A program made the translations under genes and the position numbers. This document shows, in pieces, positions 12,201 through 24,556 of a stretch of 45,750 nucleotides of DNA; within the stretch, counting starts at the first letter, position 1; each line of letters opens with the position of its first letter. The stretch comes from Seison nebaliae (Eukaryota): assembly GCA_023231475.1 (NCBI GenBank), contig JALJEE010001529.1, forward strand, positions 1-45,750. Direction: 5' to 3'. The notes below the pieces were generated by a model. It was not told the origin of the DNA. It was given only the letters and a program-made list of their open reading frames with translations, and ran no database searches.

Positions 12201-13999
12201 ACAACCTAATTTATCTAATTATGGTTGTAACTATGGTTCGAACCAACAAGAATTACTGACAAGAGATTACACGGAAGAAGATGATGACAAGTCTTGTAAG
12301 AGAAATGATTTAATACAATTGAAAGAAAGTAAATATTTGAGAAAATATAAATTATTTGATTATGATGCTCTACTTTATCAGCAAATTCATTATCTGAATA
12401 ATTATTCACATTTCTTTCTTAAGTATATCGGATGTATGGAGGTGAATCGACCGGTGGCCAGATTGGAAATCGTTTCAGCAATGCGTCGTATCAGAGTTAG
12501 ACCGAGTATTTCTCTAAATATTTAAAATTTATTATAAATAAATTCCCAGTATGATTATAAGATGCAAAATGTGAAAAAGAAGAAAATAAAGATGGTTATC
12601 GCGATTGATGGAATTCGAATTTATAACCACCGACCAAAAGTTATTGAAATTTATAATAATTTGTATAATTTATAATAATTGTAACAATATAATTTTATTT
12701 GTTGTAATAGGAAGAATTTCAATTGTTTTCACATCATCCAATTTACCGAATCTTCTACGTTTCGCATGATAGTCAAGACTTGAAGATTTTCAGTTTCATT
12801 GCACGTGAACCGTCTACTAATGTTTTCCGATGTTACGTGTTCAAAGCTTTCAAAGAAGTTACTTTCCGAATTTCATAAATTTATTCTTCACATGTTATTC
12901 TTATGGAATTTAGTCTCAAGCTATGAAAATAGTACGAACCATCGGACAGGCGTTTGATGTCTGTCATCGATTATCTAATTTGACGTTGGATGATGAAAAG
13001 AAACCGAAACAAATCGGTGCAAATAATGAAAAGAATGGGACGGGAAGAGACGAAGAAGATAAAAAAACATCAATCCAAAAATATCCAATTAGTTTAGTAG
13101 CGCCAGTGATGACGTCGAAGGAGAAAACTGAAAGATTTCTTTCAGGTCTACCAACAGACCGTGACAGTTCTTCAAATACTTCCTCCATCGACCTGATTCA
13201 ATGGAAGGATTCTTCTGTAGATAAATTAGACACATCTGGAATATCACACAATTATTTCGATAATTTGAAATTGGATTGTCGTTCCAGAGATTTGATAAAT
13301 ATTCAGAGGAAGCAGATGGAAAATCAGATGAACTTAACACAAATTTATGCGACGAAAATGAATTATTATCGAAAGAAATATCGTGAAGAAAAAATGTTAA
13401 AAAATAAGTTAACTGAAAAATTGGAGAAGATGATCGAGCAGGAGAATAAAATATTCGATTTTATGAAATTAATTCTCGTTGATGATTTGGATGGGAAGAA
13501 ACTACAATTGGGTTGTGATCAAATGGAAATGAAGGAATCACTTTCAAAAAATATTTTGTTAAACAAATTAATTGAATTAGTTGATAATGCAACGAATAAA
13601 GACAAGATTATGTCGAAAAGTTTAACTACTCAAACATTCAGTGAAAATGAATTAACAATCAGTATCACTCAAGGAACTCAATCACAATCACGATCGTTGA
13701 CATCAACTGCTTCGCCAGATAGCGGACATAGAGAAATGTCGAATTCCGATGCTTTGAGTGATTCATTGAATAATACGATGAATAAAATGAATGTTATTCA
13801 TTCACATAAATCGAATAATACCGATAATAATTTATCACATAATCAGAAGATGTTATCAGATAGTGGAGTAGCTGAACAACTTTCCACTTCCCAATTACTT
13901 TCAACCGAATTTGCTAACAATAATCTATCATCTTTAGTCAATCAAACCTCGAATCCGTTTATTACGGCTGAACAACCTTATCCATCATTATTTACATAA
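9279..13999 (+). CDS. NOS1AP: CAPON/NOS1AP (dyc-1-like) PTB-domain adaptor; 5 exons: 9279-9650, 12424-12495, 12550-12639, 12711-12857, 12914-13999
   Basis: Spliced product ...[64 protein letters not shown]...|...[25 protein letters not shown]...FRCYVFK...|[18 protein letters not shown] matches the NOS1AP PTB domain closely, followed by a coiled-coil-like region. All junctions are GT-AG, phase 0. Confidence 0.93.
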
Positions 14000-14193
14000 C
14001 CACATTATAATAATAAATAATTTCATATAAATCAAATCTTATTTATTTCTTTTTCATTTTTTAAAGATTCCAATAAATTCTCTTAATTTTTTCGATATCT
14101 TAGCAACAAATATTGGGTGTTATGGTAATGCATCTAAGGCTTTTTATCGATAGCTTAAACTTTCAATGATTTTTATATCGATAATAAAATAAT

Positions 14194-16271
14194 ATGGAAA
14201 AGTGTTCACTCTTCACGAATTTTATGTTCATTCTTATCACCAGGAGAACAGATATTTACAATTTCTTATATAAAATGACTGAAGTTCTTCAATTGGCAAT
14301 TATAAAGTTAGAATGACATATAGAATTGTTCACCGTTCTCAAAATCCGTTTGTAGAAAATGGTCAAAGATTAGAAGTGAAGTCGATCGATTGGGAGAAGA
14401 TTTCGATTTGGCATCCAACCAGAATAATGAAAATATTATTCATCTTTCAATTCAAAACCATCAGGAAGAAATATTGAAGTTATGCTAAACATTTTTAAAA
14501 TTCTTTCATGTTATTAATCAGATATTTGATTGAAAATTCTTATGTGCAGAGGGAAGACTTAGAAATGCCAACTGGTTTCAGTATGTCTGCCATTCATTAT
14601 GCAGCATCTTGCGGAAACAATGAAGCACTGTCCATTCTTCGTTATATAAAATTGAAGGATAAATAATAAAAATAATATTAATTTATTATAATAGTTGATG
14701 CAAACGTTGATGTTAATCAACAAGATTCTAATGGCATAACAGCAATAATGATTACTGCGAAAAATGGAAACACAACTGGAACATGTCTACTGTTGGCAAA
14801 GCGAGCTAACTTAAATGTGTTGGATGTGAATTATGACAGTGCTCTACATTTAGCTGCTTTTCGCGGTAAAGCTGAAATTATCGAGTTACTATTATTTGCA
14901 GGAAGTACACAAATGTATGGAGACCGTTTTCAACAAAACCCGTTACATTTAGCCGTTGCCTCTAGTACATTTTCTTTTTCTTTGACTTAATTTCATATAA
15001 TTTATAATAAGATAATTTGAACAGTGTTTGGTCGATTATTCGAAATGTAGAAATAAGAGAACGAAATAGATTATTGAGCGAAAAAGATTCACGAAACATG
15101 ACTCCAAAAGAATTTGCCATATTCAGACGTTTTACCGAAATCGAACGATTTTTAGATCGAATGGAACCTGATAAAAATAAACAAATTCAGGATAAAATTA
15201 TACACTTTTTATACGTCAAAACTCGAAGCGCAACCACAGTGGCATGTTTACTCATCTTATTTTGGTTATATCCATTCTACTTCTACAATGTTAAACTTTT
15301 TTTTGTTCTTTAAATTCTTTTCAAATTTAATATCAATCATATCATTTGTTATAGTTCTACAACTGTTTCTCTATTTGGACAAATCATCTTCCATTTATTC
15401 TTTTACAATTCTCCAACTTTTACCATTTGTATAAAGGAGCGTGGATGGATCCAGGATTTGTTCCAACAAATTCTCCTGAATACCATGGAATTCTTAATGA
15501 GATTAAAACGTTTAAGAGTTCATCGAAACAAATTGTTATATTTCTCTTAATTTGATTTATCATAGAACATAAAAATTAGTTGAATAGTTTGAAATTTCTT
15601 TGTCAAACATGTAGAAGTCTAAAACCAATTCGATCGAAACACTGTTCTGTTTGCAATCGTTGTGTAGTACATTTCGATCATCATTGTCCAATTTTTTCAA
15701 ATTGTGTAGGATATTATAATCGGTTTGCTACTTCAATAAATTATCCAAAAATTAAATATCTTTATTTTAGTATAAATTTCTTATGGTTTGCGGGTGGTTC
15801 GGCGTTTACTGCTGTCTATCTAATGTATTGTCTGAATCGATATGTGCACAAACATGGCTGGCTATCAATAACATTCCTCATCACATTAGTCGTTGTATGT
15901 ATATTTTCAATCGTAATAATTGTGGTTTCCATTCGAATGGTTAACTTTTTTTCCAGCATCAATTTAACTTCTCAATATTTTAGATGATGGGAATTTTTTC
16001 AAATCTCAGTACGAACGAACAAGAGAATATGGGAAGATATTTTTATTTTCGTATTAAAGACAAAAATCGATTGCTCAATCCATTTAACCATTCCATCATT
16101 TCAAATATTCAAGAATTCTTCCATTTAAAGAAACCATCCAAATATACATTGTATGACTCTTTCGTTCTGGCTGTTCAAAATAATCGATTACATTGTGAAG
16201 ATAAATGGATCATCCCCCAAGAATTACTTCAAGATTCCAAATCTTCATTCAAAACGATGGAAACCATTTAG
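14194..16271 (+). CDS. Ankyrin-repeat DHHC palmitoyltransferase (ZDHHC13/17-like architecture), multi-exon; start at 14194 or 14275
   Basis: Ankyrin repeats ([41 protein letters not shown]), TM segments, MDPGFVP, the [48 protein letters not shown] (TTxE-like) and NPFNHS (PaCCT-like). At least 8 short GT-AG introns. Confidence 0.9.
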
Positions 16272-16625
16272 ATTAAATAATTTTATACAGAAATTTTATG
16301 TGATTGGATATGGTTCGTTGATATGTTTATTGATATATAAAAAAAAACTTTAAATAAAATTCTTATAAACAAAATTCAAATAAGAAAGATATAGGACAAA
16401 TAATAGCTTCTTCAAGAATATTTGTTTCAGACACATTCACCAAATAAATGAAAAAGGAAAATAAATAATTCAATTACCGGTAAAATTGGATATGTGGGTC
16501 GTTATCAAAATATAAAGAACAATTTTAATGACAGGAGAATTTTTTTAAGAATATGATAATTATCAAAAACCGATTAAACGCCTCTATTACTAGAGAGCTG
16601 TAGAGCTCTATCAATTTCTTACCTC

Positions 16626-19053
16626 TCAAATTTTTGGAGTGTGCAAACCGACAGGTGGATCTTTTCCAAGAGATAACGATTCCATGGAACTTAATGTACG
16701 AGATACATTTTTCATTCTTTTACGATTACTTCCACTTTTAATCGGATTGGAATCACGAGCGAATGCTGATATAGAAGATGATGACGATGTTAATGGATTC
16801 TTACCTCGACGTGTTTGCATCGACGTTGTCGACAGAGTATTAGAACGAGTGTGTGATGATGAATAATAATTTGAATTATTTCCGAGACGTTTACTATAAA
16901 TATTAGTAGGAGGATAAGTTGTCGAACTTTGACGAGTTAATGAGGAATTCTGATCTTTGAAACTGATCTGAGAATATGGTTTAGTAGATGGATATGTACT
17001 ATGAATTGGTGATCGTTGATGATTTAAGGCAGCTGTTACCCCACTGCTTCTATAAGTTGCACTAAAGAATAATAATTAAAATAATTATATTAAAAGTTCA
17101 ATTTCACCTGCTATTGATATTAGTTGAAAGCGATATAGGGCTGTTGTTATTGTTTTCATTCAACCGATTTCTTGTCTTATAATTATTGTTAATAATGTTC
17201 TTATAATTTAATCCTACCATTCTTAAATCATTAGTAACCGCTTCTCCATCGGTAGAATCATTCGTGTTAGGAGAGGTACCAGTAGACACGACAGTACCTT
17301 TTGTGTTGGTTTGACTTGATGATTTTAGATGAACCGGTGTTAACGTGGCAGTATTATTATTATTTTTCATTGAATGACTATTTGGATTACGATATCTAGA
17401 ACGATAATCAGGAAGACTTGGAGTCAATCGATATGGCGATGACACGTCACGTCGGACACGTTCGGAACGATTATTAATTTGGAAATTCGTATTAATAATT
17501 TCGTCATCTTGTGATTCACGAAAATCGCCCTTATTTTCAACTTTCGGTTTGGATCCATTAATAAAATCTGTTTCAGATATATGTGTTTTACCGCTGTTAC
17601 ATTTCCGACGTAATTCTTCATATGTTTTATTGAAAAGAAGACAAACGATTACCACAGTCATGTTATCACAACCTACAGCATCTACATGAAATCGAGGAGC
17701 AAGACATTTATTCATCAATTGTTCACAAATCTTTAATCCATCATTAAAACTATTAAGAATAGTCGATTTAATTAAAGACAAACCGTTCCAGGTTCATGTC
17801 CTTGAGCAATTCTTAACCGAACAAAATTAAGAACTTCCTCATTTGTCATCACATCCCAAATTCCGTCACAAGCTATCACAATAAATTCGTAGTCTTCTGT
17901 TAGATGTCTCGTATTAATGTCAGGATAAGCTGAAGAAAAAAAAAGAAAATTTTTAATTTTTTTTAAAAAGAAATGTCGATTAACCTGTTACCATTTGTTC
18001 TTCAGGATTTAACATACTATTCGTTTTAAAAGAGAAGTCGCCTAACGCTCGCGATAATGCCAAATTACCTTAATTTTTAAATAGTTGTGAAATACAATGT
18101 TTTTGTTAAAGACACTTTGAAGATAAAAACCATTCACTCGACCGAATTCAACAAATCCCCCAGCTGTGTTTATTCGTTTTGCTTCGTTGGGAATTGTCGG
18201 TTTGTGATCCATGGATAGACTATGTACTTCTCCATTGTAAGAAGCTATAGCCCTCGAATCACCAACATTCGCCTAAAATTTATTAATTTTATAAACGCCC
18301 AAAACAACAAATGGAGTAACACAATAAATTATGTTATTTTTCAATAGAACGGTTATGGCAGTTGTGCCACTCATATCTCTTTTGACAGATTCGTCTATTT
18401 AAGAAGAATTCAATTAACAACTCAATGTCAAACAATATTAACCACTTCTCATTTTATCATCTAAATCGAGATATGTTTGTACCAATGCCTCACGTACATT
18501 CTTCGCTACAAAATAAAGTTACGAATTGAAGAATAAGAAGAGGATGAATCTTAACCATATTTTTGTTGGGAGACTAAAGTTGATATAAGATGTTCTTTTG
18601 CGAAACGCGCTGAAACTACTCCACCATGACCATCGAACACACCAAACATTAAACTAGATGGATCGGATTGCATCGAAAGTTCCATCAAATGATCATCTTC
18701 CATTGCTAATGTAGTTGAAAACGAAAGAAGTAGAAAATAGGTGAAATTGAGAAAAATTAACTGCATCTCCATCCTTGCATTGATGAGGCACCACAAAAGA
18801 CCATTCCATTTTGAAGTTGATTGGTGGTCTTATTGGTTTGCGGCTCGGACAATGCTTGACCCATTGATTTCGGTTTAGATACCCTTTGTTCTGTGGAGAT
18901 ATGATCGTTAGTGGTTTGTTGTGAAATGGAATCATTTCCCGATATTGGGGAAGTTTGACGAGATGATTCATCATCTTTAATTTTTCCATTTTCACGATTG
19001 GACTTACGAGAATAACTTAATGAAGAGGTTGAAGTGGACCCGTTTCGTAACAT
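16626..19053 (-). CDS. Protein phosphatase 2C (PPM family, MGQxLSEP / ppm-2-like) with long low-complexity C-terminal tail; 9 exons
   Basis: MGQALSEP...SSMQGWRCTMEDD, FGVFDGHGG, SGTTA, ANVGDSRA, DHKP, GRVNGNLALSRALGDF, EQMVTAYPD, IACDGIWDV and GCDNMTVVIV are recovered after removing 8 short introns. The tail continues through 17104-17730 and 16626-17061 to TGA at 16626. Confidence 0.93.
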
Positions 19054-21962
19054 AGAAGGAAGAATACAATTTCAATTCTTCAATTCTCCAATGTCAAATA
19101 TTATATGAAAAGTGAAAAGAGTGTTGGCATATGAATACTAGAGAAGTATAGAAGTGAGCATCAGAACAAGGATCAACAATTAATCACAGCAATTATCAAG
19201 ATCAATGGAAATGAATGATTCTTTTATCTATCGACAAATATTCATTAGATAAATTCAATCTCCCTTATTTTTTTTTCCTTTTGAAAGAAAACGTTTGCGA
19301 AAAGAATTTTAGTTGGACAAGGAGGAAATTCACGTCTTGTACATATGTCGATGCATAGATGAGAATCTTGTGCATAAACTGAAAATTCTCATTCACGTAT
19401 CTCATTATATGATGGGAAAAACAAGAAGAATCGGAATGGACGCACAATTACATCGATATCTCGGAAGAGATGAACTATAAATTTTGTGTTTATATTTCTA
19501 CGATTCTTTTTATTTACCTTTGATTGATATACGGCATATTTACACTTATCTACGCACAACGGATTGGGCGAACGAATAGGTGAAAAGAAGGGAGAAAAAC
19601 ATAAAATAAAGAATAACAATAACACCAAGAATTAGAACGGAGGGAATGGTAAAATGAAGGTAAATAGACACGGCGGGGTTAACATGCACTATGGTGGGGA
19701 AAAATAACGGGAAATTGCCATTGAACATGAAAGAGGGTTAAAGAGAATTATTCGATTATTCTAATGGTGATTATGCGATTCGATCATTGAGGACTGTTAA
19801 ATGAAGAAAGATTATAAGTTGATGAAAATTTGATGTCTTCCATCAACATAATGATCAATTCTATTCTCCTCTTCTTTCTTTCGTTTCATGGAATAATTGA
19901 AGGGAATCATACTCTGATTATCTTCCACAGACTTCTAAGAAATGTTCTTAGATGGTCGTGTAGGTGTCGATGTTGTTCGAGTGTAGTCATACTAAAATAG
20001 TGGACATGTACGATGAGATATTGAAGAAATTCTTAATATTAGTCATTTAGCGAACATAGCTCTATATAAACAGTCAGTCAGCTCTTGGAAAACATATTGA
20101 AGTATCAGGAAGGAGATTAGAAATAAATATTGAGAAACAGAGAAAATAAATATACGCTCACGCACAACCAGATTGGAATAAATAGTTCTTTGTGGAAATG
20201 AATATATGGAACATTATCATACAATATTTCATCGAAATACTTCATCGCAATGTCGATGGATGATAAGAATGAAGGTAAATCCAGAAATTGTTGAAGAGAT
20301 CTAATCTGTGAAGTTCTGTAAAATTTCCTCATCTGTAAAATAACTTTAATCTTATCTAACTACCTCTATAGAACTGGTGCTTCTTCTTGTGCATTGTTGA
20401 GGATATGAGACGATCTAATTCCCTTTCACACATTCCATCAATTATTAACATTTCCATAATACCTCATTCACTTTCGCTGATAATGAAAAACAAATAAAAG
20501 GAAATATCTTCATTTCCTCTAATTACACTACATTTCTTCACTTCTAGTTATCTTGACGACTTGCATATCAATCCAACTGTTCGTATCTTATTGCCTCACT
20601 AGTAAGTACTGGACAAGGTTCTTTAATCTGATTCTAAACTAATCATCTTCCTACTTCAATTTCGGACCAATACTTATCCCTGAAAACAACTAAATTCCAT
20701 TATACTGAAAACAATTTAAGAAACTTCTTCTAATTCCTCCCAATTCTCTACCCAAATGGAAATGATTCAACTCTTATTTAAAACAATCATTTCAGCATCT
20801 GATCTACAATTTCTAATTACCTTCTACCAGTTGGACGATGGTTGAAAAATATTTGCACAGACAAAATAATCAATTATTGTATCTTTTTTGTGAGAAAGGA
20901 AAATCGAACATTTCCTTCTTAATTATTCTCTATCGTTTTTAAATTATTCGTGAATCATTCGAATTTTACGAACAATTTAACTCAATTACAACTCGACTAA
21001 TCTCAGTTTTTTGTGTCAGGAGAATTAACGGTTCATAATAGCGAGATGTTGATTTGACTAACCTTCGAAATTTCTATGGAAAACTTTTCGAAGCAGGTTC
21101 GTGTCGAGAAATTGAGAAATTAAATGTTTGACTGACCTGCAAAAGAAATAATTTCATGAGTTTTCATTTACAAATTTTTTGTTCGGAATAGAAATCGAAA
21201 GAGAAAAATTGAAAGGAATAGTTCTCTCGGAAGACACTAACAGGAAACAAACAAGATAATCTTTGATCGAAACGAAAAGCAAAATATTAAAACAAATTGA
21301 CAAATAAAAACGTTAACAAAATTTGATTTTTGAAACAAAAATGGGAAACTAAATAAAAAAATTTCAAACTTCTTTTTTGTCTCCACCAAATTCGCGTCAA
21401 TTGATTCGTCACCTTTGTATGTCGCTTCTTCTACTGCAACTTATATAATATTAGAGATAATTAGTAGTTGATAATTTTCAACGGTTAGTTACAAAATTAG
21501 ACACTACCGAAAAGCATAGCAACAAGTTATTTAACGATACTGTTTTCTATTGATACGTATAGTCGTTGACGAAATGAATTGGAAACCGGAAAAATGTCGC
21601 AAAATATTTCCTGTTCGAATATCTAGCTTCCGCTAGCACTACTTATCAATAACGAAGTTAAGATTGTTAATAAAATCTCTGTTTGTACTCACGAATTTCT
21701 AGTTTAGTATTCTAATTACAATTGAGCTAAAAGAGACATTAGATGAAATTTTTTATTGAAACTCCTTGTCCAGAATAAAATTGACTGACGTGTCGTAATA
21801 ATTGATTCAGAGACTATTAAACTTGTGGATTACTTTCTTTTTTGAAAAATTGCATTTGACACATCATTTCGTTTCCCATTTGCCATTTCATCGAAATATA
21901 ACTTGAAATTTGGAGCTCAAGTACAAATTTAATAGTTTTCCTTCAATTGTTTCCCGACGACA

Positions 21963-22934
21963 ATGATTCGAAATTTTGGTATCAAGAAAAGTAACAGGAC
22001 GAGTCAATTGGAAGATTTGAAATCGAAGGAACTTCCCATATCTGATGTGTTCACCAAATCGATTGATAACACGCGAAAGAGAACAGTGAAAGTTTTCGAT
22101 AAGAATACAATTTCGAACATTGGTAGGAAGAATTCTGATGATGAATATGATAACAATGACGATGGAATTTCTGGAAGAAAAAAGAAGAAAAATGAAGAGC
22201 AATTGAAAATCATTCCAACGAAAAAGAATACACATATAAAACGATTACAAACGGCGACTGATATCGCGCAAGGTCTCTATGAACAATGCGATGAAGAACA
22301 AAAAGAAAAGTTAAATATTATTATGAAGAAAGAGGATGAGAATGACGATGAATTAACAACGAAGGTGAAAGAAAGAACTATGAAAATTGAATTTCCTTCA
22401 GAACGGATGTGGAAAGAAGAAATGCAACCATTTGAGGAAATTGATGATGCAGATTATTCCGAAGTGAAATTAGTCGATTATGGAAAAGCGATGTTACGTG
22501 GAATGGGATGGAATGATGAGGATGCTGAAGTGAAAACAAATGATCATGATGGCGATTTGTATTCATTGAGACCGAAAGGACTTGGTTTAGGTGTGACAGT
22601 TGTCACAAAGAATGGAAAGAAAGAATTCGCTTCACAGAATTATGAGAAGTTGAAGAGTCTCTCCAGCAATAAGAGAAGGGAAAAGTTCATTAAAATTTTA
22701 AATGGAAAATATGAGAACGATTGTGCTCGAATCGAAATGATTGATTATGAGAACGATCGAATTTCGATTTGTATCGAAAAGAATAAAGATAGAAAATTCC
22801 GAACATCCATCTCATTTAATGTCGAATTTGAAATAGTCGATGAAATCGAATACAAGAAATGTCTCCGTTGTATTAACCAGAAGGAATATGATGATTATAA
22901 ACGTCAAAAGAGGAAACGTTTAACGAATAATTAA
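21963..22934 (+). CDS. GPKOW: G-patch and KOW domain protein (GPKOW/Spp2-like splicing factor), intronless
   Basis: DADYSEVKLVDYGKAMLRGMGW...LRPKGLGLG is the Spp2-type G-patch; IKILNGKYENDCARI is KOW-like; N-terminal LKIIP motif. Confidence 0.85.
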   Translation: MIRNFGIKKSNRTSQLEDLKSKELPISDVFTKSIDNTRKRTVKVFDKNTISNIGRKNSDDEYDNNDDGISGRKKKKNEEQLKIIPTKKNTHIKRLQTATDIAQGLYEQCDEEQKEKLNIIMKKEDENDDELTTKVKERTMKIEFPSERMWKEEMQPFEEIDDADYSEVKLVDYGKAMLRGMGWNDEDAEVKTNDHDGDLYSLRPKGLGLGVTVVTKNGKKEFASQNYEKLKSLSSNKRREKFIKILNGKYENDCARIEMIDYENDRISICIEKNKDRKFRTSISFNVEFEIVDEIEYKKCLRCINQKEYDDYKRQKRKRLTNN

Positions 22935-23182
22935 TAATTCACACTTACATTTGAGAATTGTGATCCTAAGTAATGATCGTAGTGATCCTAAACAATTTCC
23001 TTTCATTAATACTTTCATTTCTTCCATACTTCTAAACGTTTATAACTTCTCGATAAGATTAAAGGAAATTAATTTCTTCTCATCCATTCTACAATTTTCA
23101 TCAACAACAAATTATTTTTATATTTTTTTGAAAATGAATTAGATCTTTTGTCGAATGGAAACGTTGAATTATCATCATTCAT

Positions 23183-24121
23183 TATGAGACAACGATACTT
23201 TTTCGCTTTGATTGCTATCATCACATTCACTGTCATCAGTTTCGTTCTGTTAACAATTCTTCTTTTTTCTCCTTTATTCACCAATTTTCATCGTCTCTCT
23301 TCATCATATCTCTCATGTCAGATATGGAGCAACAACTGTATTGGAGAATGACACGAAATATATCGAATCAAAATCGAAATCTCCAAAATTGATGACTGGA
23401 GTGAGAAAGGTGCAGAGGAATTTGCACATACACATACTCTATGAGACATTATGTGGTGATTCTCATCGCTTTTTTCAAACTCAATTACAACCATTATATG
23501 ATTCGATGAAAAGTGGACGAATCAGGAAGGAAAAACTGATTGTTCATCTCGTACCTCATGGGAAAGTTCGGAAGATCGAGAAATTACGATACTGTCAACA
23601 TGGATTGCCGGAATGTGAAGGAAATTTGTATCATGTTTATTTTTATTCACATTTCTCCATTATGATCATTTGTCATTTAGGCATGTGCATTGGATGCTTC
23701 CACTGATTGGATGGAAGTATTCTCATTCCTCAAATGTACAATGGAAGGATATTCGTTCAATAATGTTCGATCCATATCTGAATCAGTTATTCTTCTTCTT
23801 AATCATTATCTTAACCATATTCCATGGACAGTGTCTCAAATCTTCATTCAATGATACAATTATCGATAGAGTTAAAGAATGTTTAAAAAGTAAAGAAGAA
23901 GAAATCCTTTCGAATAATGAACGACAAACAGAAATTGGTGGTGTTCTCAGATATATTCCTTTTATTCGATTCGATACAGTTCCTTCTTTATTTTCCATTT
24001 CTCATAACACTTTCCCGTAAAGGATCAGAAAATGTTCACCATATCTCGAAGTGCTGAACTCAATTTAATTGGTTATCTTTGTAAGACATATACATTCATC
24101 TTCAAAGATCTCGATTGTTGA
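23183..24121 (+). CDS. GILT-like (gamma-interferon-inducible lysosomal thiol reductase family) protein; 5 exons
   Basis: Hydrophobic N-terminus MRQRYFFALIAIITFTVISFVL; YETLCGDSHRFF..QL.P; LVPHGK; GILT signature CQHGLPECEGNLYH|ACA; YIPFI; ends ...LIGYLCKTYTFIFKDLDC, stop at 24119-24121. Confidence 0.88.
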
Positions 24122-24556
24122 ACTACATTCCAAATCCAAAATCGATCTCTCATATTTCTTTTGTATTCAAATTTATTTTCCACAAATTTCGTTATTTGCA
24201 AAAAATCTCAATTTTATTATGACTGTTTGAACAAATATTATTAAAAATTCCAATAAATTATTATTCTGCTTTCCAATTCTGATAAGGTGAAATATGTTGA
24301 AATAGAAGAATCATTTCTCCCCATTCATCACCATACCCATTCAGTATAGAAGAGATTATTTCAATGAAAAGAAAATATAAAATTTATTTTTGTTCCAACC
24401 AATTGGCAGAGTAGTTGGATGTAGAACAATGTATCATCGCAATGGAATTTTCCAAGAGCCAACAGAATAAAATGAAAAGATGGAAATTGTTCCAGAGATA
24501 TAGGAGGAGAGATAGAAGTACAAGAATCACAGATGTCTATCCAGAAATTTCAACAT

